From positions 29,343 through 93,342 of the forward strand of contig CAXXXF010000010.1 in the NCBI GenBank assembly GCA_963667175.2: 64,000 bases of DNA, written 5' to 3'. The stretch comes from Candidatus Latescibacterota bacterium. GTDB taxonomy: Bacteria > Latescibacterota > UBA2968 > GCA-2709665. A program made the position numbers and the translations under genes. Positions 53,984 through 64,000 of this stretch are shown piece after piece; positions within the stretch are counted from its first letter, which is position 1; the number at the start of each line of letters is the position of its first letter. Below the pieces are notes generated by a model that was given only the letters and a program-made list of their open reading frames with translations, did no database searches and was not told the origin of the DNA.

Positions 53984-54109
53984 AAAGATTCGACCTCCCC
54001 CTGCACATCCGTTACAGCCCCGAAGATGAAGACGATGTGCGGTCGCTCGAAGGAATCGGCCATCAGGCAGTCCCCCGCCTTCCTCGAGCCGGCGCCCTGC
54101 GGAGGTTGT

Positions 54110-55339
54110 CTACGCGACCTCCACCGTCGGAGAGTAGGCGAAGTCGTGATAGCGGTCTGCGATCCGACCTTCGGCCGCGTCTCCTTCGTGCACGTAGAAC
54201 CTGTAGTGGCCGTTGAGGGACTCGCCGGGCGGAATCACGTGGTTGCCCCGTCGATTCGGGTCACCGTAGAAATGGGAATGGCCGAACGGATTGGCCGTCA
54301 TCAGCCCGTAGTTGCGTACGTGCCAATAAACAGGATGCCGGAAACTGTCCGGATGGTCCATGATGGCCACGCCCACGCGGTTGCCGTTTACCGGCCCCGT
54401 ATAGTGGCACCACGCGGCTCGCTTGCCCCATGTTTCGTCCTCGTTGACACCCCCTGTTGCGTTTTCGATCTTTCCGCCCTCGCCGGACCGCACTTCCATG
54501 GATTCGGCCACGCGGATCGACGCCAGTCCGCCTTCTTTGGTGTCTCCAAAAAGGACGTCGATCTTCGGCGCGGTCAGCGTGAGGCGCAGGTCGAAGATCC
54601 GCACGTGGGGCCCGGTCCGGTAGAACGTCCACTCCGCCCGTTCCTCGCAGATCACGTTCGACCCATGCTCGCCGCGCCATGCATCGGCGCCCTCCCAGTC
54701 GCTGACCGATACGAGCCGGCCGCAGACCGGGCCGCTCTCCAGGCCGTCGAATCGCTGGTGGCGGGTCCACGCGTGTCCCTCGCCTTCACCCCAGTTGTTC
54801 CATCCGTTGACGTGGCCGTGCGAAATCCAGACGGAGCGGTGGTGGTGATGGTCGCCCTCTCCCTCGTTGATCAGGGGTCGCGTGATCCCGTCCCCGTACG
54901 GCCCGATGACCGGGTAGAGGTGCGGCCTGACGAGGTCCTTGCCGAAGCAATAACTCGTGAAATGGGTACCGTCGATCCGCACCTGGACGCGATCGCCGGC
55001 TTCCGACAGTTCGACCCCGCCGCCGGACGACGCGAGTCCTCCTGCTTCCAGGCCAAAGTCCGCCGATTCCCCCACAGGCAGATCGTCCACAATCCAACTG
55101 AGCCGGAAGCCGTCCCCCTCACGACGCACCTGGCAGGGGGTATTGCCGTTCCTGCCAACCAGATTTCCAATCCCCGCACCGGACCCGTTCCGATCCAGAC
55201 GATCGAGAACAGGATGCGTCTTTTCAGTTCCGGCTAGAAATATGGAAACCGGACAGTTGATTCGCCGGTGGGGCCCGGCGTGGACCCTTAGCTTGAAACC
55301 CACAACATAACCCCCGAAAGAAGGAAGAAGGAAGAGCAC
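54110..55339 (-). CDS. DUF6807/PmoA-like family protein (start uncertain)
   Basis: RPHLYPV, HHHHRSVW, DTKEGG, DHP, WHVRNYGLMTANPFG. Confidence 0.75.
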   Translation of the reverse strand: MLFLLPSFGGYVVGFKLRVHAGPHRRINCPVSIFLAGTEKTHPVLDRLDRNGSGAGIGNLVGRNGNTPCQVRREGDGFRLSWIVDDLPVGESADFGLEAGGLASSGGGVELSEAGDRVQVRIDGTHFTSYCFGKDLVRPHLYPVIGPYGDGITRPLINEGEGDHHHHRSVWISHGHVNGWNNWGEGEGHAWTRHQRFDGLESGPVCGRLVSVSDWEGADAWRGEHGSNVICEERAEWTFYRTGPHVRIFDLRLTLTAPKIDVLFGDTKEGGLASIRVAESMEVRSGEGGKIENATGGVNEDETWGKRAAWCHYTGPVNGNRVGVAIMDHPDSFRHPVYWHVRNYGLMTANPFGHSHFYGDPNRRGNHVIPPGESLNGHYRFYVHEGDAAEGRIADRYHDFAYSPTVEVA

Positions 55340-55559
55340 GTAATCTACTCCGCCTCATTCAATTTGAAACGGATAGTTGCTGGCCAAAATTCGTCATATC
55401 CTGTCGACGTTGTATTGGATCTTTCAAAAAGATGAAAGGGGATCTGAAGTCACAGTTCGGCGACTTTCGGACTCAGAGAAATCGGTCTTCTCCCCTCTAC
55501 CCTCTACCCTCTCACCGCCTCTAAATAATCAACCGTCCACAGATGTCAAGCGGAATCGC

Positions 55560-55588
55560 TTGACGGAGGGCGGCCGAACCGCTATCTT
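55560..55588 (+). promoter_or_regulatory. Sigma70-like promoter of thi operon
   Basis: TTGACG-17 bp-TATCTT. Confidence 0.65.
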
Positions 55589-55600
55589 AACGGACAACAA

Positions 55601-55675
55601 CGCAGGGGTGCTCGCCCGCCGAGCTGAGAACATACCCTTTGAACCTGATCCGGATTATGCCGGCGCAGGGAGTCC
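55601..55675 (+). promoter_or_regulatory. TPP riboswitch
   Basis: GGGGTGC..GCTGAGA..TACCC..GAACCTGATCCGGATTATGCCGGCGCAGGGA upstream of thiamine genes. Confidence 0.95.
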
Positions 55676-55737
55676 AGGAACCGCACCCCAGCCGCTTTTC
55701 GACCTGTTCGAGGGCGGCTTTTTTGGAATTTTATCCG

Positions 55738-56874
55738 TTGCCATCGGACCGGATCATTATCGTCGGCGCCGGCGTAATCGGACTCGGCATCGGCTGGCGA
55801 CTTGCCAGGGCGGGGCGGGACGTCCTGATCTTCGATCGGGACCGTGCGGGCCAGGCCGCCAGCAGGGCTTCCGCAGGTATGCTCACGCCGCTGGCCGAGG
55901 TGCGACACGAAGAGGAAGGGCTTCTTCGGCTTGGCCTGAGGAGTCTCGAGCGTTTTCCGGACTTTGCGTCGGAACTCGAATCCGAGAGCGGGATGCGCGT
56001 CGGCTATCGCCCCGACGGCGTCCTTCTGGTGGGTGTCACCCGAGACGATATCGAAATCCTGCGTTTCCGCTACGACTACCAGCAGGACCTCGGCCTTCCC
56101 GTGGAATGGCTGACCGGCGTCGAGGCCCGCGCGCGGGAGCCGCAACTTTCGCCCCAGATCGGCGCCGCAGTCTGGTGTCCTGGAGACCACCAGGTGGACA
56201 ACCGGCGCCTGGTGCAAGCCCTGCGGCAGGCATTCCTCAGGGCCGGCGGGTCCCTCGCGGAATCCACGCCGGTTGAGAACATAGATATCGACCGGAACCG
56301 GGTCGTAGGCGTTGTGGCCGGCGATGAATCGTACCCCTGCGCGACGGTCGTCCTCGCCGCGGGCTGCTGGTCGCGGCTCATTCCGGGTCTGCCGGAAGCC
56401 GCAAAGCCACCGGTGCGACCCGTCCGGGGTCAGATCATCCGGCTGCGGATGACGGACGACTGCACGCTGAAAACCATCGTCTGGTACAACCGCACCGCGT
56501 CGGCGGCGGTCGCCTACCTGTGTCCGAAAGATCGAGGGCTCCTCGTGTTGGGGGCCACTTCAGAAGAAATGGGGTACGACAGCAGCCTCACGGCGGGCGG
56601 CATTTTCGAACTCCTGCGCGCAGCCTGGGAGGTCGTTCCCGGAATCTACGACCTGCCGATCGTAGAAACCGCCGCCGGTCTTCGGCCGGGCAGCCGGGAC
56701 GACGCGCCCATCCTCGGAAAAACGCCGGTCGACGGGCTCATCATGGCCACGGGGCACTATCGCAAGGGCATTCTGCTGGCGCCCGTTACCGCCTGTGCCA
56801 TCGCCGAACTCGTGCTCACCGGCAACACGCCGGAGGAAATCCGACCCTTCGGCATCGACCGATTCGCCGCATGA
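55738..56874 (+). CDS. thiO: Glycine oxidase ThiO
   Basis: IVGAGVIG, ASRASAGML, PVRGQ, GLRP, TGHYRKGILLAP; TTG start after riboswitch. Confidence 0.9.
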   Translation: MPSDRIIIVGAGVIGLGIGWRLARAGRDVLIFDRDRAGQAASRASAGMLTPLAEVRHEEEGLLRLGLRSLERFPDFASELESESGMRVGYRPDGVLLVGVTRDDIEILRFRYDYQQDLGLPVEWLTGVEARAREPQLSPQIGAAVWCPGDHQVDNRRLVQALRQAFLRAGGSLAESTPVENIDIDRNRVVGVVAGDESYPCATVVLAAGCWSRLIPGLPEAAKPPVRPVRGQIIRLRMTDDCTLKTIVWYNRTASAAVAYLCPKDRGLLVLGATSEEMGYDSSLTAGGIFELLRAAWEVVPGIYDLPIVETAAGLRPGSRDDAPILGKTPVDGLIMATGHYRKGILLAPVTACAIAELVLTGNTPEEIRPFGIDRFAA

Positions 56875-57092
56875 AACAATTCGCCATGCAGATCACGCTG
56901 AACGGAGAAGACAGGACCGTCGACAGCGGCATCTCCATCCGGGACCTGCTGATCGACCTTTCGCACGACCCGCACCGCAAAGGGATCGCGGTTGCCGTCA
57001 ATGCCGAAATCGTGACCCGGGCGGAGTGGCATTCGACGCGGCTCGGCAGCGGCGACCGGGTGGACGTCATCGCCGCGGTCCAGGGCGGATAG
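56871..57092 (+). CDS. thiS: Sulfur carrier ThiS
   Basis: ITLNGE, AVAVN, ends VQGG. Confidence 0.92.
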   Translation: MKQFAMQITLNGEDRTVDSGISIRDLLIDLSHDPHRKGIAVAVNAEIVTRAEWHSTRLGSGDRVDVIAAVQGG

Positions 57093-57146
57093 TCTCCGGA
57101 ACGCTCGATGCCCGCGTGTCCGGATCGTTGTTCAACGAGGGGAAAT

Positions 57147-57926
57147 ATGTCCGATGGTCTGACCATTGCCGGCACGACGTACCGTTCCCGGCTCATTATC
57201 GGGACCGCGCGCTATCCCAACATGCAGATTATGCTGGACGCCATCCGCGCCAGCGGCGCGGATATCGTGACCGTTGGCATCCGCCGGATCAACCTGAACG
57301 ACCCCTCCGGCGAGAGTCTGATCGATCTGATCGACCGCAACCGATTCACGCTGCTTCCCAACACCGCGGGATGTTTCACCGCTCGGGACGCCGTGCTCAC
57401 GGCCAGGCTCGCGCGCGAAGCGCTGAACACCGCCCTGATCAAGTTGGAGGTTATCGGAGACGAGAGCACCCTCTTCCCGGACGTTGCCGGACTGCTGGAA
57501 GCGGCGAACGAGTTGATTCGGGACGGATTCACGGTGTTGCCCTACTGTAACGACGACCCCGTGACCTGCAAGAAGCTGGAAGACGCCGGCTGTGCCGCTG
57601 TCATGCCCCTCGGCGCGCCCATCGGCTCCGGAATGGGCATTCGCAACCCCTACAATCTCCGCATCATTCTGGATACCGTCGACGTCCCCGTGATCGTCGA
57701 CGCCGGTGTGGGCACCGCCTCCGACGCCGCTGAAGCGATGGAGCTCGGCTGCGACGGCGTGATGCTGAATACGGCCGTGGCAGGCGCCCGCCGCCCGGTA
57801 CTGATGGCCGAAGCCATGGGGCAGGCCGTCCGTGCGGGCCGGCTCGCGTACGAGGCCGGACGCATCCCGCGAAAACTATATGCCACGGCTTCCACGCCGA
57901 TGGAGGGCGTGGCCGGCCATGAATGA
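57147..57926 (+). CDS. thiG: Thiazole synthase
   Basis: [30 protein letters not shown]. Confidence 0.95.
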   Translation: MSDGLTIAGTTYRSRLIIGTARYPNMQIMLDAIRASGADIVTVGIRRINLNDPSGESLIDLIDRNRFTLLPNTAGCFTARDAVLTARLAREALNTALIKLEVIGDESTLFPDVAGLLEAANELIRDGFTVLPYCNDDPVTCKKLEDAGCAAVMPLGAPIGSGMGIRNPYNLRIILDTVDVPVIVDAGVGTASDAAEAMELGCDGVMLNTAVAGARRPVLMAEAMGQAVRAGRLAYEAGRIPRKLYATASTPMEGVAGHE

Positions 57927-58584
57927 GTCAGCGCGCGCGAAGAACCTGCCCCCCCTCTATCTCATTGCGGATCGGGCAACGTGCGCGCCCCGTGACCTGG
58001 AGGACACTCTTGCCGAGGCGCTGGACGCCGGTGTCCGTCTCGTGCAGTTGAGGGAAAAACGCATCGAGACCCGTGAACTCCGTCGCCTGGCGTCACGCTT
58101 CCAGAAACGCGTAGAGAACTATGACGCGCGCCTGCTCGTCAATACGCACGCCGCGCTTGCGCGGGACGTCGGCGCGGCCGGCGTGCACCTTCCGGCATAC
58201 GGGCCCGCCCCGTCGAGTATTCGACAACAATACGGAGACCGTCTGCTCATCGGCCGTTCAACCCACAACCGGGACGAATGCCGGGAGGCCGACGGCGCCG
58301 ACTTCATCACGTTCAGCCCCGTCTACCGTCCGATCTCGAAACCGGGAACCGGTCCCGGGCAGGGACTCAGGGCGCTTCGCAACGCCGCGGGATGCTCATC
58401 CCTTCCCGTTTACGCCCTGGGCGGCGTCACCCCCGGACGGGCTGCCGCCTGCAAGGAAAACGGCGCCGCTGGCGTTGCCGTCATGTCGGGAATTCTCGCC
58501 GCGGAAGACATCGCGTCGGCCGTGACCGGCTATATCGAGGCCTGGGCGTCGGCGCCCGGCCCCCGTCATCCGCAGCCCTCATGA
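57919..58584 (+). CDS. Thiamine phosphate synthase-family protein (TenI-like)
   Basis: VQLREK, GVHL, STH, FSPVY, YALGG. Confidence 0.8.
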   Translation: MNESARAKNLPPLYLIADRATCAPRDLEDTLAEALDAGVRLVQLREKRIETRELRRLASRFQKRVENYDARLLVNTHAALARDVGAAGVHLPAYGPAPSSIRQQYGDRLLIGRSTHNRDECREADGADFITFSPVYRPISKPGTGPGQGLRALRNAAGCSSLPVYALGGVTPGRAAACKENGAAGVAVMSGILAAEDIASAVTGYIEAWASAPGPRHPQPS

Positions 58585-59381
58585 AACAGGTCCTCACCAT
58601 TGCCGGTTCCGATCCCGGCGCCGGCGCGGGTATCCAGGCCGACCTCAAGGCCTTTCACGCCAACGGCGTCTACGGTCTCTCGGTCATCACCGCCGTGACC
58701 GCGCAGAACACGAGAGAGGTGATGCGGTCGTTCGAGCTGCCCGCGGACCTCATCGAGTCCCAGATCGACGCGGTATTCGATGACTTCGACGTTGCCGCGG
58801 TGAAGACCGGGATGCTGTCTTCGGAGCGGGTGGTCAACCTCGTCGCCGACAGACTCGCCGGACACCGGGCGCCCAACGTCGTCGTCGACCCGGTGATGGT
58901 CTCCTCCAGCGGCGCCGACCTTCTTGAACCCGATGCCGTTCGCGACGTTAACGAGCGCCTCCTTCCCCTGGCCGCGCTCGTTACGCCCAACCTGCGCGAA
59001 GCCGGGATGCTGGCCGGCGCGCCCGTCGAGACCCTGGATCACGCGAAGACCGCCGCGCGCATCATCTTCGATGCCGCCGGCCCCGGGGCCGTTCTGGTGA
59101 AAGGCGGCCATCTGTGCGATCCTGACACCGCGGTGGACGTGATGTACGACGGATCCGAAGTCACCGTCTTTTCACGAGAACGAATTCCGTCCCGGAACAC
59201 GCACGGCACGGGCTGCACGCTGTCGGCCGCGGTCGCGGCGAACCTCGCCAAAGGCCGCGACCTCACGTCCGCCGTCGAAAACGCCAAAACGTACGTCACC
59301 GAAGCCGTACGTCACGGTCTCTCCATCGGACGCGGCCGCGGACCCACCCATCACTTCTACTTTCTCGACGACCGGCAATGA
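58581..59381 (+). CDS. thiD: Hydroxymethylpyrimidine/phosphomethylpyrimidine kinase
   Basis: IAGSD.GAGAGIQADLK, KTGML, VDPVM, TPN, KGGH, HGTGCT. Confidence 0.95.
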   Translation: MKQVLTIAGSDPGAGAGIQADLKAFHANGVYGLSVITAVTAQNTREVMRSFELPADLIESQIDAVFDDFDVAAVKTGMLSSERVVNLVADRLAGHRAPNVVVDPVMVSSSGADLLEPDAVRDVNERLLPLAALVTPNLREAGMLAGAPVETLDHAKTAARIIFDAAGPGAVLVKGGHLCDPDTAVDVMYDGSEVTVFSRERIPSRNTHGTGCTLSAAVAANLAKGRDLTSAVENAKTYVTEAVRHGLSIGRGRGPTHHFYFLDDRQ

Positions 59382-60004
59382 ATCGAATCGGCGCGCTCCA
59401 CGTGCTTACGGATACCGTTCTGCAGACCCGTTACTCCCATGCAGACCTTGCGCGCATGGCCGTCGACGGCGGCGCGGACACCGTTCAGTACCGGCAGAAA
59501 ACCGGACACACCCGTGACATGATCGAGACCGCGCGCGCCATGCGGGAGTTCTGCTCGAGGTCGGGCGTGCCCCTCATTGTCAACGACCGCGTCGACGTCG
59601 CCCTCGCCGCGGAAGCCGACGGGGTACACCTCGGACAGGACGACTTCCCGGTCTCGCTCGCCAGAAGTCTCCTGGGCGCCGGGCGGATCATCGGCGTGTC
59701 CGCGGGCAGTCTCGACGAAGCCCGACGGGGCATCGCGGACGGCGCGGACTACGTGGGATTCGGGCCTGTTTTTCCCACCGGTTCCAAGAGCGACGCCGGC
59801 GAAGCGCAGGGTCTGGAAAAGCTGGCCGACTTCGCCCGCGCCCTGCAGGCGCCCGTCATCGCAATCGGCGGCATCGGCGCGGGGAACGCGGCAGACGTGG
59901 CGCGGTCGGGGGCACACGGCGTCGCGGTGATATCGGCCGTCTGCTGCAAGGCCGATCCCGAGACCGCCACCCGAGACCTGATCGCCCTGATCCGAACCGC
60001 CTGA
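59378..60004 (+). CDS. thiE: Thiamine phosphate synthase
   Basis: VQYRQK, IVNDRVD, GVHLGQDD, GPVFPTGSK, AIGGI. Confidence 0.92.
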   Translation: MNRIGALHVLTDTVLQTRYSHADLARMAVDGGADTVQYRQKTGHTRDMIETARAMREFCSRSGVPLIVNDRVDVALAAEADGVHLGQDDFPVSLARSLLGAGRIIGVSAGSLDEARRGIADGADYVGFGPVFPTGSKSDAGEAQGLEKLADFARALQAPVIAIGGIGAGNAADVARSGAHGVAVISAVCCKADPETATRDLIALIRTA

Positions 60005-60068
60005 TTCCGTCCTGACAAAAATCAGCGCACACGGAGACACAAAGGGAAGATGGATGGGTTTTTTCTGA

Positions 60069-60097
60069 TTGACATCCCGCCAACGCCGGTCTATCTT
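60069..60097 (+). promoter_or_regulatory. Sigma70-like promoter
   Basis: TTGACA-17 bp-TATCTT. Confidence 0.7.
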
Positions 60098-60103
60098 GTC
60101 ACG

Positions 60104-60221
60104 CAAGCCATTGCCCAGGCGCCAGAGGTAGCCAACCTTTAGCGGCACCTGAGAATCGTTCAGTCGATCGTCAGCCCGCAGATACCACTACCTTGGGGCC
60201 TCTGGTAATGGCCGTTTTTTT
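60104..60221 (+). ncRNA. Candidate rod-shaped small RNA (~110 nt)
   Basis: Own promoter, end-to-end complementarity with a central bubble, T7 tract after closing stem. Confidence 0.6.
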
Positions 60222-60473
60222 GGTGTTGACGTTCACGCGACGGTCCTGTATGCCGATCGCATGACCTCGAACCGATCGCCCGCAGTCAGGTCGCACACCA
60301 GGAACCGGTCCCCCGCGTTCAACCCCGAAGGCTCTGCCGCCCGAGCGGTTCCGCCTGGCCCTCGCGATTTCGCCGGTACCAATCGGCCCGACTGCCGGAC
60401 CCTCGACGGGCGAGCGGAATCTGCGGTTGTCATAAACCTGAAAATTCACGGGACCCTCCTGTTGAAACCGGGT

Positions 60474-60761
60474 TTATCCCACCGCCTGAAGTTTTGTTAT
60501 CTCCTTATCAGGTCGGCTCTTGGCCAGGTCATGATTTCGTTGTAGATTCAGCCATAGCTCCGGCGTTGTTCCCAGAGCTTGAGCAAACAGCCAGGCGGTA
60601 TTCGGGGTCACGCCTCGTTTTCCACGGATGATCTCGTTCACCCTCTGGAGAGGTACTTCGATGTGCCTGGCGAACGCCACCCGGGTAATTTCCAGGGGCT
60701 TCAGGAATTCTTCCAGAAGACCTTCCCCCGGATGGGTCGGGATTCGGTTTTCCGGCAGCAT
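60474..60761 (-). CDS. higA: HigA-family antitoxin, no HigB seen
   Basis: THPGE.L.EEFL.PL, NEIIRGKRGVT, WLNLQ. Confidence 0.9.
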   Translation of the reverse strand: MLPENRIPTHPGEGLLEEFLKPLEITRVAFARHIEVPLQRVNEIIRGKRGVTPNTAWLFAQALGTTPELWLNLQRNHDLAKSRPDKEITKLQAVG

Positions 60762-60839
60762 ATTGCCTCCAGATCAGTTAGTGATAGCCAGTCAGCGATA
60801 CCCTTCCCTTACCCGAAGCTTGTCCGATTTCGCTGCGAC

Positions 60840-61860
60840 TTAATTGCTTCTCTCCCCACCGATCGTCCCGTCTTCCAGCATGGTCAACAGCGCCGAATCC
60901 TCCACGTCCAGGGGAAGGTCCACCCGCCCGCGGCGGCGGCTGGATTCGTATGTCGCGAAAGATCAGTTCCGTCGCCTGCAGCGCCTTCCGACCGCTCAGC
61001 ACCGGTTCCCGTCCCGTCTTGACGCAATCCACCAGGTCCAGCACCGAGAGCACGGTCGGGTTCACCTGAGGCGCCGGCAGGTCCGGGACCTCCCAGTCCG
61101 ATCCGGAGCGCATGATCCGGATCGGGGGTCTGTCTCGCCCGCCAATTACTTCGATGATGCCGTCCGCGCCGATCAGCCTGTTCGAAACGCCCGCGAGTTC
61201 CGCGTCGCCGGTAGCCAGCAATCCCTCCAGACCGTTCTGCCAGCGCACCCACGAGAGACCGCCCGACTCCACTTCAACACCGAAGATTTCCCGCTTTTCC
61301 GACGCGTCGATCTGCCCGAGCACCCACTCGGCGGGTTCGTCGTCATTGTAGAAGAAAAACATATCGAACCAGTGCGTGCCCCAGTCGAGCAGATTCGGAC
61401 ACGCGCCCTCCACCCGGACAAGCTGCCCGATCGCCCCTTCGCGTACCAGAGACTTCGCCTTTTTGAAAGGCCGCTCGAAACGACGCTGGTGACAGAACGT
61501 AATGGTGACGTCCCGTTCGTCGCACGCCTGGCACATCGCTTTGGCGTCGCCCCACGTGGGGGCCATCGGTTTCTCCGAGTGAATGGCCCGCGCGCCGCTC
61601 TCGGCCGCCGCCGTGACCATCTCCCGATGCATCCCGATCCAGGTGCACACGCTGACGAAGTCGAGGTCCTCCCGGTGCAGCATCTCCCGGTAGTCCCCGT
61701 ACGTCCGCGAAACGTTGAACTGCTCCGCCAGGTTTCCCCTGGCCCCCTCCGCCGGGTCCGCGCACGCCGCAATTTCAACTTCAGGCGATGCGGCGTACCC
61801 CTGCGCGTGCGCGCGGCCCCTGCCCCCGCACCCGATGATGCCCGCTCTGAACGTCGCCAT
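60840..61860 (-). CDS. Gfo/Idh/MocA oxidoreductase; frameshift near 60959
   Basis: GIIGCGG, SEKPMA, HQRRF, DWGTHWFD; C-terminus ATYESSRRRGRVDLPL in next frame. Confidence 0.85.
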
Positions 61861-62126
61861 AGATCCTCGAACCCTCCTGTTGCGTCTCCGTCTGCGGCAT
61901 TTTGCACGGGGTTCGTCAAAAAGCCGCGAATCCAATTGTCCCGTCCCGGGAATCGGTTGCCATTCGTCCGACCGGTTCAGGCATCCTGTTTCCGGGTCAG
62001 AGCACCGGCCGAATCTCCGCGCGGTTCCCTTCAGGGTTTCCCCAAAAATCGAACGACGCCGCGTCATTCGACACGGCGTGCTCGACGAAACCGAATTCAC
62101 CAGATCAGCCCCGATAGTCCAATCGC

Positions 62127-62624
62127 CTACGCGGCAGCCCGTTTTCCACCCTTCTTGCCGACCATTTGCTTCGCGGCCTCCTGCACGGCCTCCACAATTT
62201 TCGTATACCCGGTACACCGGCAGAGATTGCCGGCGAGGGCACGCCGGATGTCGTCCTCGGAAGGCGAGGGGTTCTTCCGCAGAAGCCCATAGGCTGAGAC
62301 AATAAATCCCGGCGTGCAGAATCCGCACTGCAGCCCGCCCGAGTTTACCATGGCCTCCTGGACCGGATGCAGGCCTTCCCTGTCCGCCACACCCTCCACG
62401 GTCGTGATTTCCCGCCCATCGGCGGCAACGGCGAGTACCAGGCAGGACGTGACGGGCTCACCGTCGATCAGAACGGTACAGGCGCCGCAGTCGCCCGTGG
62501 AACACCCCTCCTTGGCGCCGGTCAACCCGAGGCGATCCCTCAGGACGGCCAGCAGCGTCTTGCGCGGCTCGAGGGAGAGGTCATTAACCGTTCCGTTGAC
62601 GTTCAGTTCGATCTGGTGGTTCAC
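62127..62624 (-). CDS. (2Fe-2S) subunit, CoxS/XdhC-like
   Basis: GCSTGDCGACT, QCGFCTPG, GNLCRCTGY. Confidence 0.92.
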   Translation of the reverse strand: MNHQIELNVNGTVNDLSLEPRKTLLAVLRDRLGLTGAKEGCSTGDCGACTVLIDGEPVTSCLVLAVAADGREITTVEGVADREGLHPVQEAMVNSGGLQCGFCTPGFIVSAYGLLRKNPSPSEDDIRRALAGNLCRCTGYTKIVEAVQEAAKQMVGKKGGKRAAA

Positions 62625-63516
62625 GCAGCCCTCCTTTTGTTGCCCGACCGTTCCTGCGCGTTACCGAACGCAGCGCTCACCATCCGCCCCGTCAGCACCC
62701 GCACCATCTCGCGCCGGAAATCCGCCGAGCCCCTCACGTCGCTGATCGGACGGGCTTCTTCAGCCGCCGTTTCCGCCGCCTTCGCGATCAGATCATCGGT
62801 AAGCCGCTGTCCCGTCAGCATGCGCTCCGCGGCCCTCGCGCGCAGAGGCGTCGGCGCCACGGCCCCAAGCACGATGCGCGCGTCACGGCAGGCGTGGGTG
62901 CGAGGCGCGAGCGTCACGGCCGCGCCGACGCCCACCATCGCGATATCCATGGCGCCCCGGGGCGTATGCCGCACGTAGGCTGACCCGGTCCGCGGAGGCG
63001 GAACAGGAACGTGAATGCCAACCACGAATTCGCCGTCCCGGAGCGTGGTCCGGCCGGGGCCGGTCATGAAATTCTCCACGAGCATCGTCCGGCGTCCGTT
63101 CGGACCGGCGATCTTCACCTTCGCGCCGTGCGCGATCAATCCCGGCGCAGCATCCGCCGAAGGCGCGGCATTGCAGATATTGCCCACGATCGTGGCAAGG
63201 TTTCTGATCTGGAAGGAACCCACCACGCGGGCGCCCTCAGCGAGACCGGCGTAGCGCAACTGCGCGGCCGCCATGAGCTCCACCTGACGCATGGTCACGG
63301 CCGCTCCGATCGTGAGTCCGGATTGCCGTCGAAGCTGAGTTCGTCGGCGCCAGGAATCCGCCGGACGTCCACCAGCGTATCGGGAGTCCGCGCGCGTTCC
63401 TTCATCTGAACGAGCAGGTCGGTGCCTCCGGCCAGCAACTTCGCGCCCGGACGGCCTTTCAGTACCTCAACGGCCTCGCGCACGGTTCCTGGAGCGAAAT
63501 ATTCAAAACGATTCAA
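62621..63516 (-). CDS. FAD-binding subunit, CoxM/XdhB-like; frameshift near 63332
   Basis: LAGGTDL, QIRNLATIVGNICNAAPSAD, PISDVRGSADFR. Confidence 0.88.
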
Positions 63517-63537
63517 GACTTCAACCTCCTTTTGCCG

Positions 63538-64000
63538 TCAACTGTCGACTTCCCGCAGCGCCGCCGCCACCCGCTCCGGCGTCATGGGGAGTTCCCGGAC
63601 CCTCGCGCCCACCGCGTCGAAGATCGCGTTTGCCACCGCCGCGCCCCCCGGAATGATTGGGGGCTCCCCCCACGCCCTTGCCGCCGTAGGGCCCGTGTTC
63701 GCACGGGTCTTCGACCATCACCGTCTGAATATTCGGCACGTCCAGCGCCGTGGGGATGGCGTAGTCCAGAAGGTTTGGATTCAGCATCCGGCCCGCCTCG
63801 TCATACCGGTACCACCTCCATCAGACCGAATCCGATCGACTGGATGGCGCCACCCTGCATCTGACCCTCCACCAGCAGCGGGTTGAGCGCCCCTGCCCAC
63901 GTCCTGCCCTGCCACCAGGTCGATCAGCCGGACCTGTCCGGTGCCGGGGTCCACCTCCACGGTGGCGACGTTTACCGAATAGGACGGATAGGTGGGAACA
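63538..64000 (-). CDS. Molybdopterin-binding subunit (CoxL/XdhA-like), C-terminal part with indels; runs off window
   Basis: EVDPGTG, NPLLVEGQMQGGA, NPNLLDYAIPT, GPYGGKGVG, AVANAIFDAVG. Confidence 0.85.

Noticed and set aside
57919-60004. Two thiE-like genes as a novelty
   Set aside because: ThiE plus a TenI-like paralogue is common in thiO-thiS-thiG operons
60104-60221. SRP 4.5S RNA
   Set aside because: Lacks the conserved CAGG / GGAA tetraloop / AGCA domain IV pattern
60840-64000. Apparent pseudogenisation of the oxidoreductase and molybdoenzyme genes
   Set aside because: Indels lie in short homopolymers and all motifs are retained

Overview
GC-rich Gram-negative bacterial chromosome segment (TonB and a TonB-dependent receptor are present). 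The repertoire resembles uncultured Latescibacterota/Gemmatimonadota-like genomes, which is inference only. Layout: 1-33.4 kb is catabolic/housekeeping genes, with an MNT-HEPN toxin-antitoxin pair, an ABC-F ATPase, Lhr and many REP/MITE-type repeats; one BNR-family gene here is interrupted by an antisense, ORF-less group II intron (13413-14170) whose EBS1 matches its target site exactly. 33.4-53.1 kb is a lower-GC defence-type island ending at infA. It is a patchwork of duplicated and truncated gene fragments and carries a type IIG-like restriction-modification gene, a HipA-like kinase module, RelE, an ABC-type ATPase pair, and two unrelated proteases each preceded by a homologous ~65-aa peptide. 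53.1-64 kb holds infA, pncC, a TPP-riboswitch thiamine operon, a promoter-driven ~110-nt rod-shaped RNA, higA and a xanthine/CO-dehydrogenase-family operon. Several single-base frameshifts in short base runs look like sequencing indels. Everything was read by eye; no searches were run.
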